From NCBI GenBank assembly GCA_964618925.1, contig CAZUCZ010000002.1:1-48299 (forward strand): a DNA stretch of 48,299 nt. Direction: 5' to 3'. Every line of letters starts with the position of its first letter. The first letter of the stretch is position 1. Origin of the DNA: an uncultured Candidatus Saccharibacteria bacterium (GTDB lineage: Bacteria; Patescibacteriota; Minisyncoccia; Phycocordibacterales; UBA9973). The notes below the pieces were generated by a model that was not told the origin of the DNA, ran no database searches, and saw nothing but the letters and a program-made list of their open reading frames with translations. Shown piece by piece: positions 18,192-27,062 of the stretch. The translations under genes were made by a program, and so were the position numbers.

Positions 18192-18200
18192 TGATATAAT
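18192..18200 (+). promoter_or_regulatory. Extended -10 (TGaTATAAT) 9 nt upstream of the ATG at 18210
   Basis: atgatataatatatcatacATG. Confidence 0.4.
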
Positions 18201-18209
18201 ATATCATAC

Positions 18210-19631
18210 ATGTCGAAAAGAAATTTTATACTTTTAATAATCATTTTGAGTATAGTCCTCGTAGGACTACTTGGTTATTTTTATATGAGTAGAAATACTC
18301 CAACAGGAGACAGCGCAATCCCTGGAGTAAATTTCCTTTCACAATTCAACCCTTTTAAAAGTAATGTAAATACAGACACAGGGAGCGAAAACCCTGGGGC
18401 AGGTGATACTGGTGGTGACCAACCCGGAGAAAACGGAGAAACCCCAATCACCACCCTCCACAAAGTCTCGAATATGCCTATCGCTGGCTTTATCGTCTAC
18501 CCCAAAGAAAGATTGAAAGAAATACCACCAGAAGATACAACGACAGGAGGAGAGAGCAACGTCACCACGACCCCAGTAGAAGAAATACCGAATGATAGTG
18601 CTACATCGAGTTCACGCACGACAGTCGCAGCAGATCTAAAGAAAAAGTTACTCGTCACAAAAAAGCCAATTGTTCCAGACACAGAGTTTGTCACCGCTGT
18701 AAGATATGCAGATCGTGCGAGTGGAAATATCTATCAGTCATTTGCAGACAAGATCCAAGAACACAAGTTCTCGGGAACAGTGATCCCTAAAATATACGAT
18801 GCGTATTTTGGCAATAATGCGAATGCCGTCTTAATGCGACATCTTAAAATAGACAATGTAACTATCGAGACTTTCTTAGGCACACTACCTAAAGAAAAAT
18901 TAGGAGATGACACAACCACAATAGCTGAAATGAAAGGGGGCTTTTTAACTAACAATATACAAGATGTTAGTGTTTCACCTGACGGATTAAAGGTGTTTTA
19001 TCTCTCTCCTGTAGGAGACGGGGTAATAGGCACAATACAAAATCTAATAGATGGTAAAAAGAATCAAATATTTAACAATGCATTTACCGAATGGAATTCA
19101 TGGTGGCCAAATAATAATGTCATTACACTTACCACCAAGCCTTCTTTTGGAACACTCGGCTATATGTATATGATCGATATCGCAAAGAAAAGCTTTACGA
19201 AAGTACTCGGCGACATTAATGGACTCACCACACAAATGAGCCCAAATGGTAAGCTCGTGCTTGTAGGCACCAATGATTTATCCCTCTACGTATATCATGT
19301 CGACACAAAGACCTACGACAAATTAGGTGTAAAAACACTCCCAGAAAAATGCACTTGGAATAAGGTAAGTGACACTGTATATTGTGCAGTCCCAAGCACT
19401 ATCGAGACTGCAAACTATCCAGATGATTGGTATCGTGGAGAAATATCGTTCTCTGATCAGATTTGGAAAATCAATCTTCAAGATGGAAGTACAACACTGA
19501 TCGCAGATCCACTTGTGATCTCAGGCGGGGAGGACACTGATGGTATCCAACTTGCAGTCGACACAAACGAAGATTACTTATTCTTCATAAATAAAAAAGA
19601 CTCCTTTTTATGGGAGCTTGAATTAAAATAA
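18210..19631 (+). CDS. Membrane-anchored hypothetical protein with a low-complexity linker and beta-propeller-type (PD40/TolB-like) repeats
   Basis: N-terminal TM segment ILLIIILSIVLVGLLGYFY and a G/T/P-rich linker. Repeats such as VSPDGLKVFYLS and MSPNGKLVLVGT are present. Confidence 0.65.
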   Translation: MSKRNFILLIIILSIVLVGLLGYFYMSRNTPTGDSAIPGVNFLSQFNPFKSNVNTDTGSENPGAGDTGGDQPGENGETPITTLHKVSNMPIAGFIVYPKERLKEIPPEDTTTGGESNVTTTPVEEIPNDSATSSSRTTVAADLKKKLLVTKKPIVPDTEFVTAVRYADRASGNIYQSFADKIQEHKFSGTVIPKIYDAYFGNNANAVLMRHLKIDNVTIETFLGTLPKEKLGDDTTTIAEMKGGFLTNNIQDVSVSPDGLKVFYLSPVGDGVIGTIQNLIDGKKNQIFNNAFTEWNSWWPNNNVITLTTKPSFGTLGYMYMIDIAKKSFTKVLGDINGLTTQMSPNGKLVLVGTNDLSLYVYHVDTKTYDKLGVKTLPEKCTWNKVSDTVYCAVPSTIETANYPDDWYRGEISFSDQIWKINLQDGSTTLIADPLVISGGEDTDGIQLAVDTNEDYLFFINKKDSFLWELELK

Positions 19632-19648
19632 ACTAGTAATAGTTTATT

Positions 19649-20140
19649 TTATATTTCGCCAACATATTTAATAACTACATGCCTCGTAGGTCCAAAACCT
19701 GCGGACTCTGTCTTTAAGTCAGACATTTCAGATAAAAACTCGTGTATAATACGACGATCAAATGCAGGCATAGGGTCAACCTCAACATTTGCTTTAAAAT
19801 ATCGTGCTCGTTCAGCCATCATGTGAGCAATCGTACGAATACTTTCAACTTTTCGTTTTTGAAAACCATTAATGTCAACGAGGATGGATGTATCGCGTTT
19901 CTTGTTCGTATTTTCTGCTACACTAGGGTTTGGTTCATTTACTTCTATTATTCTTCGTATAAGATGATTTAACGCTTGTAGAGCCTCTCCCTCATGCTGT
20001 GTAAAGAAATGTGGTTCATTCACTTCCACTGAAAACCATGTGGTGTTACCTTTGTCTTCAATGATCGTAATGTCAGCAACTTGCACTTTAGTCTTTTCAA
20101 TAAGTTCTTTTATTACATTTTTTATATCTTCGTGTTTCAT
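19649..20140 (-). CDS. jag: Jag/KhpB-type RNA-binding protein (KH + R3H)
   Basis: R3H-like motif RRIIHEFL...GFGPTRHVVIKY. Conserved position downstream of yidC. Confidence 0.8.
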   Translation of the reverse strand: MKHEDIKNVIKELIEKTKVQVADITIIEDKGNTTWFSVEVNEPHFFTQHEGEALQALNHLIRRIIEVNEPNPSVAENTNKKRDTSILVDINGFQKRKVESIRTIAHMMAERARYFKANVEVDPMPAFDRRIIHEFLSEMSDLKTESAGFGPTRHVVIKYVGEI

Positions 20141-20145
20141 ATGTA

Positions 20146-20904
20146 TTATTTGACTGAAAACTCAACATCAGTGACTTTTTCTTTCTTTAATTTATCTTGT
20201 TTACGGTTTACATAGATTTGTTGTGCCACCGCAAACAGATTACTTGTGATCCAATAGAGGGCAATCGCACCAGAAATCCTATATGCGATAAAGGCTACAA
20301 TGAAAGGAAAGATGTATTTCATCTGCAAATTCATGCTCTTACTAAAACTCTCAGCAAACCCACCTGGTTCATTATTAGATAGGCTTGGGGTCGGTGTAGG
20401 CATAAAATATGCTTGTAAATACTGGGAAATACCTGCGAGCACTGCAAGAAGTATACTTTTACCACTAATATCTAGGATACCAAGGAAGATCATATTCATA
20501 TGGTCCGGGATATGGATGAAAGAATACATTGCTTCGGGTTGGAAGCTGATACCCTTTAAAAATACATAATAAAGGGCAAAAATAATAGGAATCTGAATTA
20601 AAACAAGCAAACAACCTGAAAAAGGGTTGGTTTTATGTGTTTTATATAGCTCGAAGGTCAAGCGTGCTTGTTCTTCTTTACTTGCGCCACTATTTTTTAT
20701 TTTATTGATTTCAGGAGTTAATATAGCCATTTGAGCCTGGCTTTGTATGGATTTTTGAGAAAGAGGGAATAGGACGATTTTAACCAAAATAGTAAGCACT
20801 ATCACAGCAAGACCAACATCCCCTCCGGGGATGATTGAAATTAAAAACGCAAGGGCGTTTATAAGAGGATGATATAAAACTATATTCCATATATGAGCGA
20901 TCAT
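20146..20904 (-). CDS. yidC: Membrane protein insertase YidC (short form)
   Basis: QAQMAILTPEINKIK...ELYKTHKTNPFSGCLLVLIQIPIIFALY signature and synteny with rnpA/yidD. Confidence 0.9.
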   Translation of the reverse strand: MIAHIWNIVLYHPLINALAFLISIIPGGDVGLAVIVLTILVKIVLFPLSQKSIQSQAQMAILTPEINKIKNSGASKEEQARLTFELYKTHKTNPFSGCLLVLIQIPIIFALYYVFLKGISFQPEAMYSFIHIPDHMNMIFLGILDISGKSILLAVLAGISQYLQAYFMPTPTPSLSNNEPGGFAESFSKSMNLQMKYIFPFIVAFIAYRISGAIALYWITSNLFAVAQQIYVNRKQDKLKKEKVTDVEFSVK

Positions 20905-20914
20905 TAGGTCATTC

Positions 20915-20958
20915 TACCCCGAAGTAAAATTTTTAGCAAAATTTACTACGGGGCAAGT
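20915..20958 (-). repeat. CCCGTA-hairpin repeat, family B, short diverged copy between yidD and yidC
   Basis: The minus strand reads acttgccccgtagtaaattttgctaaaaattttacttcggggta. It has the same left-arm motif as copies 1-3 with a short loop. Confidence 0.6.
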
Positions 20959-20971
20959 AGGAAAAATTTCT

Positions 20972-21187
20972 TTATTTTACTGGGTCGATATGATTTGTCT
21001 GCCACGGATGACAACGCAAAATACGCAAAAATCCTAAATATATGCCCTTGAAAACCCCGTATTTATCGATTGCTTGCTGTGTATACATAGAACAGGTAGG
21101 GTAAAAAACACAATTTCGCTTAAAAAAGACTGAAATATAACGCTGATAGAGACTAATGAACTGTATTATATATTTTTTTAATTTCAT
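20972..21187 (-). CDS. yidD: Membrane protein insertion efficiency factor YidD
   Basis: CVFYPTCSMYTQQAIDKYG...ILRCHPW motif. The start is taken at MKLKKY, giving a 35-nt overlap with rnpA. Confidence 0.85.
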   Translation of the reverse strand: MKLKKYIIQFISLYQRYISVFFKRNCVFYPTCSMYTQQAIDKYGVFKGIYLGFLRILRCHPWQTNHIDPVK

Positions 21188-21479
21188 CTTCGAGTGTGGA
21201 AACGTCGTCTTGATACTTTTTAAACACAAAAACACCCAAGAAACCAGTGGGGAATAGGTCTATATACTTTGAGAGAGCTTTATAACCCCTTCGACGCAAA
21301 AGATTCCTTTTCACTGCCAGTTTTGCAACGTTTTTAGGAGCGATAAAGGATATACGAGGGGGTAACGTATCCTGTGTATGTATATATCTAAAGGTTAAAT
21401 GAGGAGATGCCAAAAAACCACCCTCTGTAAAGAGGCGGTTTATGTGTTTTTTGTCTACTCGATTGTTTTTGGAGAGCAT
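21153..21479 (-). CDS. rnpA: Ribonuclease P protein component
   Basis: 108 aa and basic, with an LSKNNRV.K..I..LF..G pattern. Lies between rpmH and yidD. Confidence 0.85.
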   Translation of the reverse strand: MLSKNNRVDKKHINRLFTEGGFLASPHLTFRYIHTQDTLPPRISFIAPKNVAKLAVKRNLLRRRGYKALSKYIDLFPTGFLGVFVFKKYQDDVSTLEDEIKKIYNTVH

Positions 21480-21552
21480 CCCAGTACTAAAATTTTAAAT
21501 TATTAATAATAGTGACTGATATACGCTATGTGAATTTAGTACGGGACAAGTA
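21480..21552 (-). repeat. CCCGTA-hairpin repeat, family B, copy 3, between rpmH and rnpA
   Basis: The minus strand reads acttgtcccgtactaaatt...aaaattttagtactggg directly abutting the rnpA ATG. Confidence 0.7.
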
Positions 21553-21571
21553 ATACACCCAAAAGAGGGAA

Positions 21572-21706
21572 CTACACAGAGAGTTTCGCTCGTCCTTTTC
21601 TTCTTCTTCGTGTGAGAACAGCAGAACCTGTCTTTGTTCTAGATCTAACTAGAAAACCGTGGGTTCGAGCTCTTTTTCTCTTTTTTGGTTGGTATGTTTG
21701 CGACAT
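21572..21706 (-). CDS. rpmH: 50S ribosomal protein L34
   Basis: Hand translation gives [44 protein letters not shown] (44 aa). It is below the ORF-track size cutoff. Confidence 0.9.
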   Translation of the reverse strand: MSQTYQPKKRKRARTHGFLVRSRTKTGSAVLTRRRRKGRAKLSV

Positions 21707-21806
21707 AGCTTTAATATACATCAAAAGTGGGCTTTAGGCAAATATATTCTGATTCTTGGAAAATACTACTCAGGTATAAAGAGGTATATTGCCATGCCTC
21801 AGATTG

Positions 21807-21815
21807 TTATCCACA
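21807..21815 (+). promoter_or_regulatory. Perfect DnaA box TTATCCACA upstream of dnaA
   Basis: Exact 9-mer in the rpmH-dnaA intergenic region. Confidence 0.6.
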
Positions 21816-21869
21816 GCTTATCAACATAGTTATTATTTTTGTAAATGTTTCATTTTTGAGTCCAAGTAG

Positions 21870-21875
21870 TATAAT
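21870..21875 (+). promoter_or_regulatory. -10 box TATAAT 9 nt upstream of the dnaA ATG
   Basis: agtagtataatgtcttacacATG. Confidence 0.4.
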
Positions 21876-21884
21876 GTCTTACAC

Positions 21885-23231
21885 ATGGATACAAAAGAAC
21901 TTTGGAGGAATTGTTTGATTCACATTGAAGCCAACTTATCTAAAGCTAATTTTAGTACGTGGTTTAAAAATACCTCTATTTTAAAAGAAGAAATGGGAAT
22001 TATCTATATACGAGTCCCAAATGAGTTCGTACGTGATTGGTTAATGAACAAATATCACAAACTTATCACTAAAACCATTGCTGATGCACATGAAAACATG
22101 CGGGGAGTTGAGTATGTCATTACAAAAATAGAGCCAAATAGACAAGAAAATGACACCATGAGTAAAGCTCCTTATATTAATAAGGAGTTACCTCTCCGAG
22201 ATCTATATATCAACCCAGATGACAACTTAAATCCTCGCTATCACTTTGATTCTTTCATTGTGGGTGGCTTTAATGAGCTGGCTTATGCTGCAGCCCAAGC
22301 CATAATCGAAAGTCCTGGTACAAAATACAATCCTTTTTTCATTTATGGACCAACTGGGCTTGGTAAAACTCACCTTCTCCAAGCAGTGGGGAATACTATT
22401 AAAGAAAAGTATGAGAATAAGAAAGTGCATTATATGACTCTGGAAAAGTTTGCAACTGATTTTATAAACTCACTGCAGAGCAACAAAGCTAATTCTTTTA
22501 AAGAGAAATATAGAAAATACGACTTACTCATTATAGATGATATTCAATTCATAGGAAAAATGGAAAAAATTCAAGAAGAACTTTTCCATACATTTAATAC
22601 ATTCTATGAAAACAACAAGCAGATAATATTTTCTTCTGACAAACACCCTAATTATATTCCTGAGCTTGCGGATAGATTAAAATCAAGATTTTCTGCAGGA
22701 ATGATAGTGGATGTTTCAATGCCAGAATACGAATCACGCCTCGCAATCTTGAAAGTAAAACTAAAAGAATTAAATATAGACCTCGAACCAGAAGTTGTAG
22801 AGTATATTGCTTCAGCAGTAGAGGGCAACATCCGTGAGCTGGAAGGCAGCCTAAATATCATTGTATGCCAATATCGCCTTAAAAATAGACCTATTACGTT
22901 GTTTGAGGTAAAAAACTTACTCAAAAACAACATGAAGCCAAAGAAAAATATTGCGATAAAAGAAGTAGTGAAGATAGTAGGGGATTATTACAAAATAGAA
23001 GAATCTTCGATCTATGAAAAAATAAGAAAAAAAGAGATTGTAAAAGCAAGACAAGTGATCATGTATTTACTTCGTGAAGACTTTAATATTTCATATCCTC
23101 TTATTGGACAGAAATTAGGTGGTAAGGATCATACTACGGTTATACATTCATGTCTTAAGATAAAAGAAGATTTAAAAAATGATCCGCAGTTATTACAAGA
23201 ATTAGAACAGATCCGTATTATGTTTAAATAG
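21885..23231 (+). CDS. dnaA: Chromosomal replication initiator protein DnaA
   Basis: Walker A GPTGLGKTHL, AAA+ motifs, and a C-terminal DNA-binding helix (GGKDHTTVIHSCLKI). Confidence 0.95.
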   Translation: MDTKELWRNCLIHIEANLSKANFSTWFKNTSILKEEMGIIYIRVPNEFVRDWLMNKYHKLITKTIADAHENMRGVEYVITKIEPNRQENDTMSKAPYINKELPLRDLYINPDDNLNPRYHFDSFIVGGFNELAYAAAQAIIESPGTKYNPFFIYGPTGLGKTHLLQAVGNTIKEKYENKKVHYMTLEKFATDFINSLQSNKANSFKEKYRKYDLLIIDDIQFIGKMEKIQEELFHTFNTFYENNKQIIFSSDKHPNYIPELADRLKSRFSAGMIVDVSMPEYESRLAILKVKLKELNIDLEPEVVEYIASAVEGNIRELEGSLNIIVCQYRLKNRPITLFEVKNLLKNNMKPKKNIAIKEVVKIVGDYYKIEESSIYEKIRKKEIVKARQVIMYLLREDFNISYPLIGQKLGGKDHTTVIHSCLKIKEDLKNDPQLLQELEQIRIMFK

Positions 23232-23455
23232 TTGTTTATAAGATGGTGATAAGTGTAAATAAAATTGTGAATAAAAAAGGATAAATAAATTGTTTTTGTA
23301 AAATAAAAAAAATTTAACACAAAAACAAAAAGTTATTATATAGAAATCAAATAAAAAATAATCAGAATAACCAATAGTATCAATGTAAAAATAATTTATC
23401 CACTTATTAACAACACTAATAGTATTAATAAATTTAATAGATAAGATATAAACAT
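23232..23455. other. Candidate oriC / DNA-unwinding region (dnaA-dnaN spacer)
   Basis: 224-bp, extremely AT-rich spacer with DnaA-box-like 9-mers: tgtgaataa at 23266-23274 and ttatccact at 23396-23404, each 1 mismatch from consensus. Confidence 0.5.
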
Positions 23456-24553
23456 ATGAAGCTCGAATGTAAAATAGAAAATCTAAAGAATGGAATTTCT
23501 CAAGCGGAAAGAATAGTAGGAAAGAATCTCACACTTCCTGTTCTTAGCTCTATCTTAATAACAACTAGTAAAAATTCTCTTATCCTTAGATCTACAAACT
23601 TAAGTATTGGTATTGAAATTCAAATCCCAGCAAAAATTGAAAGAGAAGGAGTTATGGCAATATCCGGTTCAGTATTAAATGGTGTATTTTCAAATTTTTC
23701 ACAAAATGAGAATGTGTCACTCGAAGGAATAGATGGTAATTTATTAGTTACAACCAAGAAAAGTAAAATAAAACTAAAAGGTCAACCACACGAAGATTTC
23801 CCCACAATACCAAAGGTTGCAGGGGTTGATTTTGAAATAGATTCAAAGAAATTAATCGAGGGTATAAAGTCTGTATACTATAGTTCACTTGTGTCAGATA
23901 TCAAGCCTGAAATCTCAAGTGTGTATATCTATTCAAAAGATGATCAACTCGTATTCGTATCCACGGACTCATTTCGACTTGCAGAAAAAAAGGTTAAGGT
24001 TAAAAACCTCCCGGAAGTACCTGGTATTCTTATTCCATATAAAAATATATCAGAAATGCTTCGAATTTTCGGGGATTTTAACGGTGTTTTAAAAGTTTGT
24101 TTTAATAAAAATGCGATTTCTTTCTCTTCTGACTCTATATATCTTACTTCACGAGTGATCGACGGCATTTTCCCAGATTATCATCAAATTATTCCAAAAG
24201 AATCCACTACAAATGTAGTTGTTTTAAAACAAGATTTATTAAATGCACTCAAACTTTCTAATATATTTTCAGATAAGTTTAATCAGGTAAATCTATCTAT
24301 TAATGTAAAAGAAAAAATATTTGAACTATCTTCCGTGAATCATGATATTGGAGAAAATAAGACAAATGTAGATGCAGCATTAACTGGGGAGAATATAGAG
24401 CTAGGATTTAATTATAAATATTTCTTGGATTGTTTTCAGTCTATTACCACAGACAGTATGTCTCTGAAACTCACTGGTGCCTCTAAGCCTATCGTGATCG
24501 GAGCTATCTCTGACCCATCCTTCACATACCTTATCATGCCTATGAATAAGTAA
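23456..24553 (+). CDS. dnaN: DNA polymerase III beta sliding clamp
   Basis: 365 aa immediately after dnaA, with typical three-domain clamp length and motifs (ending ..YLIMPM). Confidence 0.9.
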   Translation: MKLECKIENLKNGISQAERIVGKNLTLPVLSSILITTSKNSLILRSTNLSIGIEIQIPAKIEREGVMAISGSVLNGVFSNFSQNENVSLEGIDGNLLVTTKKSKIKLKGQPHEDFPTIPKVAGVDFEIDSKKLIEGIKSVYYSSLVSDIKPEISSVYIYSKDDQLVFVSTDSFRLAEKKVKVKNLPEVPGILIPYKNISEMLRIFGDFNGVLKVCFNKNAISFSSDSIYLTSRVIDGIFPDYHQIIPKESTTNVVVLKQDLLNALKLSNIFSDKFNQVNLSINVKEKIFELSSVNHDIGENKTNVDAALTGENIELGFNYKYFLDCFQSITTDSMSLKLTGASKPIVIGAISDPSFTYLIMPMNK

Positions 24554-24556
24554 TAT

Positions 24557-24814
24557 ATGATTGAAATAAAAGATCTTTTATCGCGATTCAATGATATTTT
24601 ATTTTCTGAAGAAATAAAAATTCAAGCGATACAAGGTGTATTAGAGAAAATCATACACTTAAAAATAGCACACACAGATATAAAAATAAAAAACAATAAT
24701 ATTTATTTAAATATTAAACCTATTTATAAAAACGAAATTTTTCTCCACCAAGAAAAAATCTTTTCTTTATTAGAAGAGACTTTGGGTAAAAAATCACCTA
24801 AAAATTTTAGATAG
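24557..24814 (+). CDS. Small hypothetical protein, possibly DUF721/DciA-like
   Basis: 85 aa, 3 nt after dnaN. The pattern DIKIKNNNIYLNIKP..KNEIFLHQEKIFSLLEETLG resembles the C-terminal half of DUF721 proteins. This is a weak call from memory. Confidence 0.4.
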   Translation: MIEIKDLLSRFNDILFSEEIKIQAIQGVLEKIIHLKIAHTDIKIKNNNIYLNIKPIYKNEIFLHQEKIFSLLEETLGKKSPKNFR

Positions 24815-27010
24815 TTAGTTGGTGATGATTGGTAGACCACCATATTTGTATTTATTCTGAGCCCACCAGTTTTGTACAGGGATTTCCCAGTGATTGAATT
24901 GAGGATCACTTTCTGGATTTGTTGGGGCTGGTCCAGTGACATCGTTCTTGTTTACAAAGTATAGAATAGTGTGGACATCGCCTTGCCATTCTCCACGGAG
25001 GATTGGTTTTGTGTTTGGGTCTATATATAGATCCGGTGCTTCAAATTTTTCGTCAGGAATTTTTTGTAAGGCTTGAGTTATAAAATCATGCCAGATTGGT
25101 CCTGCAAGTGCAGCTCCACCTTTTTTCATTGGTTTATTGTCGTTATTTCCTGCCCAGACACCCACCGCGATAGAAGGCGTGTATCCTACAGTCCAAGCAT
25201 CTTTGTTGTTGTTTGTTGTTCCTGTTTTTACTGCTACATCTCTCCCTGGGATTTCTAGTACAGAATGGGCGCCAAATGTAGGAATACGTGATTCATCACG
25301 TTTCAAAATGTCTGACATAGTAAGCGCTGTGTTTTTAGGTAATACTTCAATTTGATTTGGTTGATATTCTTCTAGAACCTGACCAGTCGCGTCTTCTATT
25401 TTTAGAATTCCGGTGTAAGGATTGCGTACACCATTATTTCCAAAAACACTATATGCAGACGTGAGATCAAGTAATGTGACTTCACCACCTCCGATAACGA
25501 GTGTAAGCCCATAACGGCTTATATCGCTCAATGTGGTGATACCCATGGCTTGGGCTGTCTTCAGTGAATTATTTAGCCCAGCGAGGTAGAATAGCTTTAC
25601 TGCAGGTATGTTTCTCGATTCTGCAAGTGCGCTACGTAGGGTGATCGGTCCGACAGTCTTACCATCATAATCTTGTGGCATATAGCATTCTGATTGGCTG
25701 TGCCCTGGGAGTGCTTTACCATATGCATTACAAGTTGTTTGGAATTCTGTAGGTACATCAAATAATATGGTACTCGGTGTAAAACCTTCATTAAATGCAG
25801 TCGCATAGATAAATGGTTTAAATGAAGAACCTGGTTGACGCGCTGCGGTTGCGACATTGAAATTCCCATCTATGTCTTTATCAAAATAATCTCTAGACCC
25901 TACCATTGTTAAGATTTGCCCTGTTTTTGGATCTATTGCCACTAGTGCAGCATTTGTACCATTCCAATCTTTTGTATTCTTTAAGGCGCCATCTTTGACT
26001 ATTTGTTCACCTTTCGCTTGGAGATCATAATCAAGGGTGGTGGTGACTTTGAGTCCACCAGATTCGAGTATACCTGGACCATATTTTTGTTCTATGTAGT
26101 CTTTGATGAAAAATACAAAGTGGGGAGCCTTGATACCAGTATTTGATTGAGGCATAAATGTTACCACTTCATTTTTTGCAGCATCATATTCTGCTTGCGT
26201 TATGAATTTAAGCGCGAGTTCTCGAGAAAGGACTAGGTTCTTTCTCGCTTCGAGTTTGTCTCTATTTTTGCCATAGGGCGATAGTAGTGTAGGGGATTGA
26301 GGTATTGCTGCGAGGTATGCAGATTCGGCGATAGTGAGATCTCTTGCACCCTTATTGAAATACGTACGACTTGCTTCTTCGACTCCATATATATTGCCCC
26401 CATATGGGTTTTCATTGAGATAATATTCAAGAATTTTATCTTTTGGGAGAGACCGGTCGATCTTTATTGCGAGTATCCATTCTTTTATTTTTCTTGTGTA
26501 AGATTTTTCGGGTGTAAGGAGAGTATTCTTTACGAGTTGTTGGGTGATGGTCGATCCTCCTTGGGTGCGTCCAATACTGAGGAAATTTGCTAACGCAGCA
26601 CGAATGATCGAAGTGACTCGTATGCCTCCATGACTATAAAATTCGGCATCTTCTATGGCAATCGTCGCATTCTTGATATTAATACTCATGTCTGCAAATC
26701 CGATATCTGTCCTTTTTTCATCTCTATGGATATCGTACAAGACGACGGTGCCTGTGCGATCATATATTTTTGTAGAGTTTTCCACTTTTCTATCTTGGAA
26801 TGAATGAAAATCAGGAATCTGCAATGTGGAAAGCCAGATGATAATAACCGCAACAATAAACACACAAATCCCCGCACTAAACAAAAGTACGTTTTTCCAG
26901 AAATGGTGGTTTTTCTTAATATGTTTTACTGTTTTTTTGATCCAGGTGTGTATGTTTTTGATGAATGTATCCATTAATACAATCATATCAGAAAAACAAA
27001 TATTTCTCAT
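24815..27010 (-). CDS. ponA: Class A penicillin-binding protein (glycosyltransferase + transpeptidase)
   Basis: GT51 motifs EDAEFYSHGG and RTQGGSTITQQLVKN, transpeptidase motif SSFKP, and an N-terminal TM anchor. Confidence 0.9.
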   Translation of the reverse strand: MRNICFSDMIVLMDTFIKNIHTWIKKTVKHIKKNHHFWKNVLLFSAGICVFIVAVIIIWLSTLQIPDFHSFQDRKVENSTKIYDRTGTVVLYDIHRDEKRTDIGFADMSINIKNATIAIEDAEFYSHGGIRVTSIIRAALANFLSIGRTQGGSTITQQLVKNTLLTPEKSYTRKIKEWILAIKIDRSLPKDKILEYYLNENPYGGNIYGVEEASRTYFNKGARDLTIAESAYLAAIPQSPTLLSPYGKNRDKLEARKNLVLSRELALKFITQAEYDAAKNEVVTFMPQSNTGIKAPHFVFFIKDYIEQKYGPGILESGGLKVTTTLDYDLQAKGEQIVKDGALKNTKDWNGTNAALVAIDPKTGQILTMVGSRDYFDKDIDGNFNVATAARQPGSSFKPFIYATAFNEGFTPSTILFDVPTEFQTTCNAYGKALPGHSQSECYMPQDYDGKTVGPITLRSALAESRNIPAVKLFYLAGLNNSLKTAQAMGITTLSDISRYGLTLVIGGGEVTLLDLTSAYSVFGNNGVRNPYTGILKIEDATGQVLEEYQPNQIEVLPKNTALTMSDILKRDESRIPTFGAHSVLEIPGRDVAVKTGTTNNNKDAWTVGYTPSIAVGVWAGNNDNKPMKKGGAALAGPIWHDFITQALQKIPDEKFEAPDLYIDPNTKPILRGEWQGDVHTILYFVNKNDVTGPAPTNPESDPQFNHWEIPVQNWWAQNKYKYGGLPIITN

Positions 27011-27062
27011 GTAAAATACAATATATTTTTGATTTTATCGCTGATTATGATACTGTTTAATT

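Noticed and set aside
6564-19631. The T4SS-like cluster as an integrative conjugative element or plasmid remnant
   Set aside because: No integrase, relaxase, coupling protein, replication gene, flanking direct repeats or tRNA insertion site is visible. The flanks are core genes. I treat it as chromosomal, although the left boundary and the rest of the genome cannot be checked from this window.
21727-21918. 63-aa plus-strand ORF across the dnaA promoter region
   Set aside because: It overlaps the DnaA box, the -10 element and the dnaA start in another frame, and has no coding-like features.
21945-21960. aattttagtacgtgg inside dnaA resembles the right arm of repeat family B
   Set aside because: It lies within conserved coding sequence (KANFSTW), has no inverted partner nearby, and the match is short. 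It is probably coincidental.
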